Below are positions 30,416-40,700 of a stretch of 64,000 nt of DNA, one piece after another; position 1 is the stretch's first letter, and the number at the start of each line of letters is the position of its first letter. Source of the DNA: Candidatus Cloacimonadales bacterium. GTDB lineage: Bacteria > Cloacimonadota > Cloacimonadia > Cloacimonadales > JAIOQZ01. The translations under genes were made by a program, and so were the position numbers. The stretch covers positions 768,001 to 832,000 of the forward strand of contig OY762463.1 of the NCBI GenBank assembly GCA_963665815.1, read 5' to 3'. Under the pieces are notes generated by a model. That model was not told the origin of the DNA, ran no database searches, and saw only the letters and a program-made list of their open reading frames with translations.

Positions 30416-31924
30416 ATGTTTGAAAAAGTTCATGAAGCTATAAAATTACTGATTGATTTGTCGAAGAGCGAAACAGATCATATCAGTTTTCTTGAAAATG
30501 CCGTACATTCTCTATCTGAATCCTTTAAATTAAGCAAGTCGTTGACTGTTTTTGGAATTGACGGTCAGATTTTCGAGTGCGAATACTCCCAAAAAAGAAA
30601 TCAGTTCACTAATTATGTTCTTAAAGAAGAGTCACTCAATGATAGACTCAGCAGCATAATTGCTGATAAATCAGAAGAATATGGTCACAGTCTTACTATT
30701 CATGATAATAAAGACTCACTGACCGGAATTATAAATTTTTCATTAACTGATAACACTGAAAATGCCTTTGAAATTCTTACTGAGGCAAAAGATATTTTTC
30801 ATCTGATTTTTACTTACCATTACCGTCAGTTTCAACTCGGGGAGAGAGTTAAAGAACTTTCATGTCTGCATCAGATAAACAAAATTGCCAAACAGGTTGA
30901 TTTAAGTACAGATGAATTACTGAGTAAAATTGTGAAACTTCTACCTCCCGCATGGCAATTCCCTACATACACATATTCACGAATCACTTTCAATAAAAAC
31001 GTTTTCATCTCCGAGCCTTTTGTTGAAACTAATTTATTGTTGAAATCTGAAATTATTATTGATAAAGAAAATTCAGGGCATGTTGAAGTATTTCTTGCTG
31101 AGAGCTTCAGAAAACCCTTGAATGAACCTTTCCTGAAGGAAGAGGAAATTCTGATATCTACAATAGCTCAGGAACTGAAAAATATACTCAAAAGAAGAAT
31201 CATTGAAGAAGAGAGGAAGCAACTTGAACAACAATTACTTCATGCAGACAGGCTCGCGACACTTGGTCAGCTTTCAGCAGGAATTGCGCATGAGATAAAT
31301 GAACCTCTTGCCGGAATTCTTGGTCTTGCTCAGTTAATGGAAAAAAATCCCAGTCTTAATAACGAAGCGATGTCTGATCTTGAAAACATAATCTCTGCAT
31401 CACTTCATGCTCGTGAAGTAGTGAAAAAGCTCATGTTGTTTGCCAGACAGATGCCAAGTTCTCACAGTAAACTTAACCTTAATGATGCTGTAAAAAATGC
31501 CCAGTTCTTTCTTGAGTCGCGATGTAATAAAGAAGGCATCAGGATTGAACTGAACCTTGCAGAGAATATTCCGATGATATCTGCTGATTCATCACAAATA
31601 CACCAGGTACTTATAAATCTGATTGTCAATGCTATGCAGGCAATGAATGACGGTGGTAAAATCACAATATCAACATACTTTGATGAGTTTAACATATATC
31701 TTAAATGTGAAGATACCGGTTCCGGGATTCCTGAAGAAATTATTGATAAAATATTCAATCCTTTTTTTACAACTAAAAAGGTCAACGAGGGAACAGGGCT
31801 TGGATTGTCAGTTGTGCACGGAATCATATACTCACATAACGGAGAGATTACTGTAAGCAGTAAGGAGAATATTGGCACGGAATTCATTGTATCTTTACCG
31901 GGGATAGAAAGTTATGAAAAATAA
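30416..31924 (+). CDS. Sensor histidine kinase (NtrB-like) with GAF-like input domain
   Basis: LATLGQLSAGIAHEINEPL H-box, QVLINLIVNA N-box, DTGSGI, FNPFFTTK, GTGLGL. Confidence 0.93.
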   Translation: MFEKVHEAIKLLIDLSKSETDHISFLENAVHSLSESFKLSKSLTVFGIDGQIFECEYSQKRNQFTNYVLKEESLNDRLSSIIADKSEEYGHSLTIHDNKDSLTGIINFSLTDNTENAFEILTEAKDIFHLIFTYHYRQFQLGERVKELSCLHQINKIAKQVDLSTDELLSKIVKLLPPAWQFPTYTYSRITFNKNVFISEPFVETNLLLKSEIIIDKENSGHVEVFLAESFRKPLNEPFLKEEEILISTIAQELKNILKRRIIEEERKQLEQQLLHADRLATLGQLSAGIAHEINEPLAGILGLAQLMEKNPSLNNEAMSDLENIISASLHAREVVKKLMLFARQMPSSHSKLNLNDAVKNAQFFLESRCNKEGIRIELNLAENIPMISADSSQIHQVLINLIVNAMQAMNDGGKITISTYFDEFNIYLKCEDTGSGIPEEIIDKIFNPFFTTKKVNEGTGLGLSVVHGIIYSHNGEITVSSKENIGTEFIVSLPGIESYEK

Positions 31925-33242
31925 AGTAATTGTTATTCTGGATGATAATGCTGTAACACGAGATATTATAAAAAGAAATCTGAAGAAACATGGTTATGCT
32001 ACTTTTACTGCAATGAATTTCAATATTGCAAAAGAAATCTTGCAAAAAGAAAAACCTGATCTGATTATTACAGATCTTATGATGCCGGATGTCAGTGGAC
32101 TGGATGTTATTCGTTATGTTAAAGAAAATCATACAAACACAGAAATCATAGTTCTTACCGGTTACCCAACAATTAACACTGCTGTTGATGCAGTAAAACT
32201 CGGTGCAGATGATTATCTGACAAAACCTTTTACAGATGTCGAACTTCATCTTGCCGTGAAAAAGACACTTGAAAAAGCAGAAGCCAGAAAATCCTTGAGT
32301 ATCGCAACAAAAAATGATTTCGAAACAAAATTTGGAATAATCGGTAAGTCAAAACTTATGCTCGAAGTATTTAAAACTATTGAAAAAGCTTCAGACATTA
32401 AAAGTACTGTTCTTATTACCGGTGAAAGCGGTACAGGAAAAGAGTTGATTGCCAGGGCTATTCATTATGGAGGCAAGAGATCAGCTGAGCATTTTGTTCC
32501 GATTAATTGTGGAGCAATTCCTGAAACGCTGCTTGAAAGCGAACTGTTTGGTTACAGAAAGGGTGCATTTACTAATGCAAATGTGGATAGAGACGGTTTT
32601 TTCCAAAGTGCTGACAGAGGAACAATCTTTCTGGATGAGATATCAGAAACCAGTTCTCTGATGCAGATCAAACTTCTTCGTGTTATTCAGGAGAAAGAAG
32701 TTTATAGAATTGGATCTAACTCAGCAGAGAAAGTCGATGTAAGAATCCTTGTTGCCTCTAACAAAGATCTATATGAACTCGTTGAACATAATAGATTCAG
32801 GCAGGATTTGTTCTATAGACTCAATGTACTTACAATCAGCGTACCTCCTCTCAGAGATCGAGGTAATGATATTCTTCTACTGACCAATTACTTCAGCAGT
32901 AAATTCTCCAATGAATTTGGGAAACCGGCTCCAGAATTCAGCGATGACGTTCTGGAAGTCTTCAAAAAATACATCTGGCCCGGAAATGTTAGAGAATTGG
33001 AAAACCTTATTCACAGATTGATAATTATGAATGAGGGAGAATGCATCTCTTTATCAGATCTGCCTGAGTTGATGAAAACAAGACAGGAAACCAGATACGA
33101 CATAAACAAACCATTGAAGGAAGTTGAAAAAGAACACATTATGAATGTTCTTGAATATGTTGATAACAATAAATCCAAAGCTGCAGATATTCTCAAAATC
33201 GACAGAAAGACACTGCACAACAAACTTAAGCAATATGAGTAA
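31914..33242 (+). CDS. Sigma54-dependent response regulator (NtrC/AtoC family)
   Basis: Receiver (LDD, TDLMMP, TKP), GESGTGKE, GAFTNA, FLDEI, WPGNVREL, Fis HTH. Confidence 0.93.
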   Translation: MKNKVIVILDDNAVTRDIIKRNLKKHGYATFTAMNFNIAKEILQKEKPDLIITDLMMPDVSGLDVIRYVKENHTNTEIIVLTGYPTINTAVDAVKLGADDYLTKPFTDVELHLAVKKTLEKAEARKSLSIATKNDFETKFGIIGKSKLMLEVFKTIEKASDIKSTVLITGESGTGKELIARAIHYGGKRSAEHFVPINCGAIPETLLESELFGYRKGAFTNANVDRDGFFQSADRGTIFLDEISETSSLMQIKLLRVIQEKEVYRIGSNSAEKVDVRILVASNKDLYELVEHNRFRQDLFYRLNVLTISVPPLRDRGNDILLLTNYFSSKFSNEFGKPAPEFSDDVLEVFKKYIWPGNVRELENLIHRLIIMNEGECISLSDLPELMKTRQETRYDINKPLKEVEKEHIMNVLEYVDNNKSKAADILKIDRKTLHNKLKQYE

Positions 33243-33270
33243 TTTTTCCCCAATGAGGTTGAATTACTCA
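33236..33270. promoter_or_regulatory. Tandem 17-bp palindromic enhancer (UAS) candidates
   Basis: TGAGTAATTTTTCCCCA (33236-33252) and TGAGGTTGAATTACTCA (33254-33270), about 130-165 bp upstream of the sigma54 site. Confidence 0.55.
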
Positions 33271-33401
33271 TATTTTCACATAATCACTACTTCTACAATT
33301 TAACCATAAAATTTCAACTATTCTCATTTACTAGCCTATCTAACTGTATATAAATCTTTTATCCTGAATCTCAGTTATAATAAACTGTCATTATTCAGAA
33401 A

Positions 33402-33417
33402 TGGCAAACAGATTGCT
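33402..33417 (+). promoter_or_regulatory. Sigma54 -24/-12 promoter of the gdh operon
   Basis: TGGCAAACAGATTGCT, close to the TGGCAC-N5-TTGC consensus. Confidence 0.8.
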
Positions 33418-33442
33418 TTAATCAGAGTAAAAATACCTGGAG

Positions 33443-34732
33443 ATGAATATGAGTTATTCGTTTAACGCTTATGCAATGGCTCAGGAACAGTTTGATTCAA
33501 TAGCAGATAAACTTAGTCTGGATCGTGCTGCCCGAGATTTACTTCGAAATCCAATGAGAGAATTTCATTTCAACATTCCGATTAAAATGGACGATGGGAC
33601 TTCACGAGTATTCAGAGGATTCAGAATTCAGCATAATGATGCTCTTGGACCAGCCAAAGGCGGAATAAGATTTCATCCTCAGGAAACCGCAGACACAGTG
33701 AGAGCTTTAGCAATGTGGATGACATGGAAAACATCTGTTGTAGATATTCCGCTTGGAGGCGGAAAAGGTGGAGTTGTGTGTGATCCGCATAATTTATCTT
33801 TCAGAGAACAGGAACAGATCTGCAGAGGTTATGTTAGACAACTTGGGCAAAATATTGGACCGTTGCGAGATGTTCCGGCTACAGATATCATGACAAACGG
33901 ACAGCATATGGTCTGGATGCTTGATGAATACGAAACGATGACCGGCAAAAAATATCCAGGAATGATTACAGGGAAACCTGTTGGCATGGGTGGGTCACTT
34001 GGAAGAACCGAAGCAACCGGATATGGTGTAATCTTTAATATTCGTGAAGCCCTGAAGCAGATGAATATCCGACCTGCTGAAACGACTGCATCTTTTCAGG
34101 GTTTTGGAAACGTAGCTCAACATGCAATCAAGCTGTATAATCAGATGGGTGGAACAGTTCTCTGTGTATCTTCATGGGATCAGGATGACCAGAAGTCTTA
34201 CGCATTTTACAAGAAAGATGGTATTATTCTTACAGAACTCCAGAAAATAACAGACCATTTTGGCGGAATTGATAAAAGCAGAGCTAAAGATGCAGGCTAC
34301 ACAGTTATGCCAGGAGATAAATGGGTTGAAATAGAGTGCGATATACTTATTCCTTCTGCTCTGGAAAACCAGATTACCGAAGTAAATGCCAAACTGATTA
34401 ACAACAAAGTAAAAATTATTGCAGAAGGTGCTAACGGACCAACAAACCCAAAAGCAGATAAAATTCTTCACGAAAGAGGAATTTTCCTCATTCCTGATTT
34501 TCTTTGTAATGCCGGAGGCGTAACATGCAGTTATTTTGAGCAGGTGCAGTGCAATATGAACTATTTCTGGAGTAAGGATGAAGTTCTGGGAAAACTGGAT
34601 TATAAACTTACTTCTGCATATCATAAAGTATCTACTCTGGCGAGAAACAAGAATCTTTATATGAGGGATGCAGCATATATGATCTCTATTGATCGTGTTG
34701 TAAGAACCGCAAGAGCAAGAGGATGGATTTAA
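33443..34732 (+). CDS. gdhA: Glu/Leu/Phe/Val dehydrogenase (glutamate dehydrogenase)
   Basis: GPAKGGIRFHP, MTWKT, PLGGGKGG, ITGKP...GGSLGRTEATGYG, GFGNVA, EGANGPT, PDFLCNAGGVTCSYFE. Confidence 0.92.
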   Translation: MNMSYSFNAYAMAQEQFDSIADKLSLDRAARDLLRNPMREFHFNIPIKMDDGTSRVFRGFRIQHNDALGPAKGGIRFHPQETADTVRALAMWMTWKTSVVDIPLGGGKGGVVCDPHNLSFREQEQICRGYVRQLGQNIGPLRDVPATDIMTNGQHMVWMLDEYETMTGKKYPGMITGKPVGMGGSLGRTEATGYGVIFNIREALKQMNIRPAETTASFQGFGNVAQHAIKLYNQMGGTVLCVSSWDQDDQKSYAFYKKDGIILTELQKITDHFGGIDKSRAKDAGYTVMPGDKWVEIECDILIPSALENQITEVNAKLINNKVKIIAEGANGPTNPKADKILHERGIFLIPDFLCNAGGVTCSYFEQVQCNMNYFWSKDEVLGKLDYKLTSAYHKVSTLARNKNLYMRDAAYMISIDRVVRTARARGWI

Positions 34733-36462
34733 TGTACGATTTGACTTCCGGTTTACTGGACACTTATACAGAATCAAAACCTGAAAAAATTAGATTTATA
34801 GGATCAGGTTTACCGGGAGGAAAAGCTTCCGGACTTATAAAATTGAACGACATACTTGATAAGCATCTCCCTGAAAGGGAAATTGATGGCATGAAAGTAG
34901 ATATTCCTGGAATGTTCGTAATATTGAGTGATGTATTCGATCAGTTCATGAGCAATAACAATCTTTATGAGATTGCTCTCTCAGATACTTCTGATGAGGA
35001 AATAGCACTTGCTTTTGTAAACGCTTCAATAGGACCATTATTCACAGGTGAATTGTATGAAGTAATTGATTCAATCAATGAACCTCTTGCAATTCGGTCT
35101 TCCAGTATTTGCGAAGACTCCATGAATGAGCCTTTTGCCGGAGTATATGAAACAAAAATGATAGCTAATAATCAATTTGAGAAATCAGTAAGATTCAAGT
35201 CTTTTGTTGATGCTGTGAAATTTGTTTATGCTTCTTTATTTTTCAGGCAATCAAAAGAATACTTTAAAGCAACAGGCTATGACATAAAACAGGAAAAAAT
35301 GGCTGTAATTGTTCAGGCTGTTACAGGAGATCACTATGGTGAATACTATCACCCGATGATTTCCGGAGTATTAAAGTCTTACAATTTCTATCCGTCTGAA
35401 GCAATCAAACCTGACTCCGGTTTCGCAGCTCTGGCATATGGTATGGGTAAAACTATCGTAGATGGAGGGACCTGTTGGAGCTATTGCCCGTCTTGTCCGC
35501 AAACTCCTCAGCCTTTCAATGGCATTAAAGATATGCTTAACAATACGCAAAAAAAATTCTGGTCGGTAAACCTTCAGGCTACAAATAATTATAATCCGGT
35601 ATCTCAAGACGAATATATGATAAAGAAATCAATATTTGATAAAGACATAAGAGGACAACTTCAACAAGTATGCTGCTCATATGATTATCGAAATGACATG
35701 CTTATTCCCGGTATTGCAGAAATGTGTTCACCAGTGATGGACTTTTCCCCTATCCTTAAGGATGAAACATTGCCTTTGAATAGCATTGTTCGAAAAATTA
35801 TGGATATCTGCGAAAATGAAACAAACGAAAAAGTCGAAATAGAATTTGCGGTTTCGCATAATAGACATACAGAGCACAAGCCTTTTTTCAGCTTGCTGCA
35901 GCTAAGACCAATTAATATTTCACACGACCTTATTGATGTTCCGGTTGAAATGTTCAAGTCAAGAGATACAATTCTTAGTTCCGATAAAGTAATGGGAAAC
36001 GGTTCATGTAATACAATTAAAGATATAATTTACATTAAACCGGAAGCATTTAACATCACTGAAACTGAGCAGATTGCTTCTGATGTTTCAGAACTGAACT
36101 ACAATTTCAGAAATGGAGGCAGGTATCTTCTTATTGGATTTGGTCGCTGGGGAACTTCAGATAAATGGTGCGGAATTCCAGTCAACTGGTCACAAATATC
36201 CAGAGCCAAAGCAATAGTTGAAACAGTATTACCTACAATGAAATCCGATTTCAGTCAAGGTGCTCACTTCTTCCATAATATGACTGCACACCATGTTTTC
36301 TATTTTTCAGTTAACAATGAACATGCTAAAAATCTCGATTGGACCTGGATACAGAATCAAAAAGTAGTAAATGAAACTCGATACGTTCGTCATGTAAGAC
36401 TTGAAGGAGAACTTACAATCCTCGTTGATGGCAGAACAAATAGAGGAGTTATACTTAAATGA
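34732..36462 (+). CDS. PEP/pyruvate-binding (PPDK_N, ATP-grasp) domain protein
   Basis: GGKASGL, AIRSSSICEDS...FAGVYET, MAVIVQ, EIEFAV, LLQLRP, GRWG; likely start overlaps the gdh stop (TAATG); no His-swivel or TIM-barrel domain recognisable. Confidence 0.85.
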   Translation: MYDLTSGLLDTYTESKPEKIRFIGSGLPGGKASGLIKLNDILDKHLPEREIDGMKVDIPGMFVILSDVFDQFMSNNNLYEIALSDTSDEEIALAFVNASIGPLFTGELYEVIDSINEPLAIRSSSICEDSMNEPFAGVYETKMIANNQFEKSVRFKSFVDAVKFVYASLFFRQSKEYFKATGYDIKQEKMAVIVQAVTGDHYGEYYHPMISGVLKSYNFYPSEAIKPDSGFAALAYGMGKTIVDGGTCWSYCPSCPQTPQPFNGIKDMLNNTQKKFWSVNLQATNNYNPVSQDEYMIKKSIFDKDIRGQLQQVCCSYDYRNDMLIPGIAEMCSPVMDFSPILKDETLPLNSIVRKIMDICENETNEKVEIEFAVSHNRHTEHKPFFSLLQLRPINISHDLIDVPVEMFKSRDTILSSDKVMGNGSCNTIKDIIYIKPEAFNITETEQIASDVSELNYNFRNGGRYLLIGFGRWGTSDKWCGIPVNWSQISRAKAIVETVLPTMKSDFSQGAHFFHNMTAHHVFYFSVNNEHAKNLDWTWIQNQKVVNETRYVRHVRLEGELTILVDGRTNRGVILK

Positions 36463-39400
36463 GACATAATAATGACTCAAGGCACATCATATATGAATTA
36501 ACAGAAAGGCAGAAAGAGCTTAATTGTATTCATGATGTTGAGAACATTCTTACCAACTTTGATTTATCTTATGATGAAATCTTTAAATCTCTTCTTCAGA
36601 TACTTCCACTTGGCTGGCAGTTTCCTGAACAGTGTTTCTGTGAAATTGAATATCTGAATAATATATATAAGAATTCAAATAATGGAGTAAAAAAATACTC
36701 TCAGTCTTCCCCACTTCATAAAAACAACGTACATTATGGTGAAATTTGTATTTACTACAAAGATGTACCTGAACAACACAAAGATAAACCTTTTCTTCTC
36801 GAAGAATATTCTCTTCTTAACACTATTGCCAGCATGCTTGCTTCTTATCTTGCTGTAAGATCAATCAAATCAACAGAAAAACCGGAAAAAGCAGAAACTC
36901 CCAACAGAAGTGAATGGAAAATAGTTGTTAACATGCTGAAAAACACAGATGTCAGGTTATATATCAAGATAGCGAGAAAAGTACTGAATCTGATGTTTCA
37001 GACAGGTGTATCCGATCATGTAGATATTTTCTCAATTCTGGGGAAAAATCCTGAGTTAACCAACCCTGAAGTATTTCAGGATATAAATACTCCATCTAAG
37101 AAGAATGAATTTCAAGCGTCTATAGCCCAAAGTACAAAGTTGTTTGAACTGGCTGAAAAAAATCTGTCAGGTGAAGATCTGATGCTAAATGTAAACAGGT
37201 GGATTCAGGAGGATAAGCTTAGCTTCCTCATAGCTGCTTTAAAAAACAAACACACTCCACTATATGGGATTCAAGATGCTATAACTCGCTACGTTAATCT
37301 TGAAATGGATGAAAGTAAACTTTCTCCATATTCTCACATGAATGTAAAAGTTCTTCTCATTCAACGATTGTTTACGAGCCACCTGAAATTTGTAAACATT
37401 GCAAAAAACTATATTGAACTTACTGATTTCCATGATGTTCTGCAACATACAATATATCCAACAAATTCGCATGGAAAACTTGGTGGGAAAAGTACAGGTT
37501 TATATTTTGCTAACAATATTATAAAAAGGGAAACAGATCCGGAATTTCATAAAGGTGTTAAAACCCCTGAAACATGGTACATAGCTTCTGATGCTATGCT
37601 TAGTTTTCTTCATTTCAATAATCTGGAAGAAATGGTAGAGCAAAAGTACAAAGACATTGAGCAAGTAAGAGCTGAATACAGTAATATTATACAAATTTTT
37701 AAAAATTCAAGTTTCCCTCACGAGATTTCAAAGGGTCTGTCTCACATTTTGGACTCCTTAGGTAACAAACCTGTAATTGTCAGAAGTTCTTCACTCCTGG
37801 AGGACAGTTTCGGAGCTGCTTTCTCCGGTAAATACAAAAGCCTCTTCTTAGCAAACCAGGGAACAAAAGAAGAACGGCTTGCAGCTCTTAAGGACGCTAT
37901 TGCAGAAGTATACGCATCAATTGTCGGGCCAGACCCTATTGAGTATCGTAAGGAACATGGATTCATTGATTTTCAGGAAGAAATGGCAATCCTGATTCAG
38001 GAAGTTGTCGGAGTAAAAACAGGTAAATACTTCCTGCCGGCTTTTGCTGGAGTTGCATTTTCTAATAATGAGTTCCGCTGGTCTTCACGAATAGAAAGAA
38101 ATGATGGGCTTGTAAGACTTGTTCCGGGACTGGGAACAAGAGCTGTAGATCGTCTCAGCAGTGATTACTGCATTCTGGCATCCCCCGGAAAACCGGGAAT
38201 CAGAGTAAACGCCTCAACAGATGAATTCCTGAGATATTGCCCGAGATACATTGACTTGATTAATCTTGAAACCAATACTTTTGAAACTCTCCCTATTTCT
38301 GATGTAATTAGGGAATGCAAGGATGATTTCCCAATGTTTCAGAAACTGTTTTCCGTATACAGTGATGGAAATCTTCATGAGAAATCCGGATTTACAATTG
38401 ATTTTGATAAAGAACAGTTAATTGTCACAGGGAACAATCTCATCAACAACACAAATTTCCTGAAAAGAATGAATACAATACTACAGGTACTGAACACTAA
38501 AATGGGAACTCCGGTAGATATTGAGTTTGCTGTTGTTAACGATGATATTTACCTGCTTCAATGCAGACCGCAGACTTTCTCTGTTAATGATGAACCATTG
38601 CCAATACCAAAAGATATACCGAAAAAGGATGTCATTTTTTCTGCCAATAAGTATATTTCAAATGGTAGAGTTCCGGAAATCACTCATATTGTTTATGTTG
38701 ATCCTGAAAAATACTCAGACTTACGCAGAATAGATGATCTGAAAAACGTAGGACGTTGTATTGGAAAACTAAATCTCCTGTTGCCAAAGAAAAAATTCAT
38801 TCTGCTTGGTCCCGGAAGATGGGGATCAAAAGGGGACATTAAACTTGGAGTTAATGTCACATATTCCGATATTAATAAAACTGCAGTTCTGATTGAAATT
38901 GCAAAGGAAAAAGGTCGATACTTGCCAGATTTGTCATTCGGAACACATTTCTTTCAAGACCTTGTCGAAGCACAGATAAGATACATCCCGCTTTATCCTG
39001 ACAAGAAAGAAATCATATTCAACGATGCGTTTTTCAATTGTGCAGAGAATATTCTTGTAAAAATGCTGCCGGAGTACAAAGACATCTCTGATGTTGTTAA
39101 AGTTATAGATGTTCAAGCTGAAACCGGAGGTAACATTCTTAATATTGTGATGAACTCGGAACTTGAAGAAGCACTTGCTTTTATAAAGAAACCGGAGACT
39201 CATACAGACCACACATCATACTTATATAACAGCTCGGATATCATTGATGATAATCATTGGTACTGGCGTATGGAAATCGCTGAATATATAGCTTCGCAAC
39301 TGGAATCTGACTTTTTTGGTGTAAAAAACCTTTACATTTTTGGCTCTGTAAAAAATGCAAGTTCTGGACCATCAAGTGATATAGATTTGATTGTACACTT

Positions 39401-39614
39401 CGATGGAACTGATGAACAGAAAGAGAAATTGAGCATCTGGTTCAATGCCTGGAGTATGTGTCTTGATCATATAAACTACCTGAAAACCGGATACAGATGC
39501 GGCGGACTTCTCGATGTTCACTTTGTCACTGACGAAGACATAAAAAACAAATCCAGCTTTGCTGTAAAAATAAATGCAGTAACAGATGCTGCAAAAAAAC
39601 TGGAGATTAGATAA
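36459..39614 (+). CDS. GAF-like + PPDK_N (ATP-grasp) + C-terminal nucleotidyltransferase protein
   Basis: N-terminal ERQKELNC...GWQFPE; GGKSTGL, VRSSSLLEDS...FSGKY, DIEFA, LLQCRP, GPGRWGS; C-terminal YIFGSV...SDIDL...LDV Pol-beta NTase motif. Confidence 0.85.
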   Translation: MRHNNDSRHIIYELTERQKELNCIHDVENILTNFDLSYDEIFKSLLQILPLGWQFPEQCFCEIEYLNNIYKNSNNGVKKYSQSSPLHKNNVHYGEICIYYKDVPEQHKDKPFLLEEYSLLNTIASMLASYLAVRSIKSTEKPEKAETPNRSEWKIVVNMLKNTDVRLYIKIARKVLNLMFQTGVSDHVDIFSILGKNPELTNPEVFQDINTPSKKNEFQASIAQSTKLFELAEKNLSGEDLMLNVNRWIQEDKLSFLIAALKNKHTPLYGIQDAITRYVNLEMDESKLSPYSHMNVKVLLIQRLFTSHLKFVNIAKNYIELTDFHDVLQHTIYPTNSHGKLGGKSTGLYFANNIIKRETDPEFHKGVKTPETWYIASDAMLSFLHFNNLEEMVEQKYKDIEQVRAEYSNIIQIFKNSSFPHEISKGLSHILDSLGNKPVIVRSSSLLEDSFGAAFSGKYKSLFLANQGTKEERLAALKDAIAEVYASIVGPDPIEYRKEHGFIDFQEEMAILIQEVVGVKTGKYFLPAFAGVAFSNNEFRWSSRIERNDGLVRLVPGLGTRAVDRLSSDYCILASPGKPGIRVNASTDEFLRYCPRYIDLINLETNTFETLPISDVIRECKDDFPMFQKLFSVYSDGNLHEKSGFTIDFDKEQLIVTGNNLINNTNFLKRMNTILQVLNTKMGTPVDIEFAVVNDDIYLLQCRPQTFSVNDEPLPIPKDIPKKDVIFSANKYISNGRVPEITHIVYVDPEKYSDLRRIDDLKNVGRCIGKLNLLLPKKKFILLGPGRWGSKGDIKLGVNVTYSDINKTAVLIEIAKEKGRYLPDLSFGTHFFQDLVEAQIRYIPLYPDKKEIIFNDAFFNCAENILVKMLPEYKDISDVVKVIDVQAETGGNILNIVMNSELEEALAFIKKPETHTDHTSYLYNSSDIIDDNHWYWRMEIAEYIASQLESDFFGVKNLYIFGSVKNASSGPSSDIDLIVHFDGTDEQKEKLSIWFNAWSMCLDHINYLKTGYRCGGLLDVHFVTDEDIKNKSSFAVKINAVTDAAKKLEIR

Positions 39615-40498
39615 TGATAAAAGCTTTGTTTACAAGTGATCTTCACTGTAAAAAACATAAATACGAATTTCTGTTTAGAAATATCAGAACAGAAAAACCG
39701 GATGTTGTTTTTATATCAGGAGATTTAACAAGCTTATCATGCAATCATGATCAACAGAAAATATTCAGTAACTTTTACAGCGATTATCTTGCAGAAAAAC
39801 TGTTTGCTTTAAAAAATGAACTTAAAGAAGAATATCCTGATATCTTTGTTATTCCCGGGAATGACGATGGAAAGGCTGCCATCGCTCCATTAAAAGAAAT
39901 GGAAGAAAGGCATCTGCTTACTAATGTTAACGAACGATTCTTAAACTTTGGCAAATTCACAGTTTTTGGATATTCCTATGTACCGCCAACTCCGTTCATG
40001 AATAAAGACTGGGAAAAGTATGATGTTTCGGCATTTGTGGATGTCGGATGTGTATCACCTGAAGAAGGATACAGATCAGAAGAAGTCAGCTTTCATGATT
40101 TACGTTATTATACAATAAAGAAGGATCTGGAAATACTTTTTGAGGAAAGAAATCCGGAATCCCTGATCTGTATGTTTCATTCTCCACCTTATCAAACTAA
40201 TCTTGATAGAGCAGCTCTCGATGGTAAACTTTTTAATGGTGTTCCATTAGATGTACATGTGGGAAGCATTGCTATAAAAGATTTTATTATTAATAAAAAA
40301 CCTCTGTTATCTCTGCATGGACATGTCCATGAGTCCACCACAATAACCGGATCATGGAAAGAGCGTTTGAATTCAACTGTCTGCCTGCAGGGAGCATCAT
40401 TAATGAATGAATCAGTTGTAATAAAATTAGATCTGGAAAATCCGGAATCTGCAGAGATACTAAAGAATCCAAAGACGAATGATTCCGGATATAAGTGA
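39614..40498 (+). CDS. Calcineurin-like metallophosphoesterase
   Basis: SDLH, GDL, GNDD, HSPP, HVGS, GHVHE motifs. Confidence 0.88.
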   Translation: MIKALFTSDLHCKKHKYEFLFRNIRTEKPDVVFISGDLTSLSCNHDQQKIFSNFYSDYLAEKLFALKNELKEEYPDIFVIPGNDDGKAAIAPLKEMEERHLLTNVNERFLNFGKFTVFGYSYVPPTPFMNKDWEKYDVSAFVDVGCVSPEEGYRSEEVSFHDLRYYTIKKDLEILFEERNPESLICMFHSPPYQTNLDRAALDGKLFNGVPLDVHVGSIAIKDFIINKKPLLSLHGHVHESTTITGSWKERLNSTVCLQGASLMNESVVIKLDLENPESAEILKNPKTNDSGYK

Positions 40499-40700
40499 AA
40501 GTATTATTAAAATACTATAAATAACTCCAATTGAAAGAAGCCTGTTTACGAGTTAACACTAACCCACCAAGCCTTGTGTTACAGTAAGCAGGCGTTTTTT
40601 ATTATTGAAATTCATCTCTACAATAAATCATCTTCGTAATACTTGACTTATTTTGTGACATGTACTTTGTTAGAAGTCAAGATAATTTTATGGAGATTAT

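Noticed and set aside
34732-39614. ppsA/ppdK annotation
   Set aside because: Only the N-terminal ATP-grasp part is recognisable; the phospho-His and PEP-binding domains are not seen
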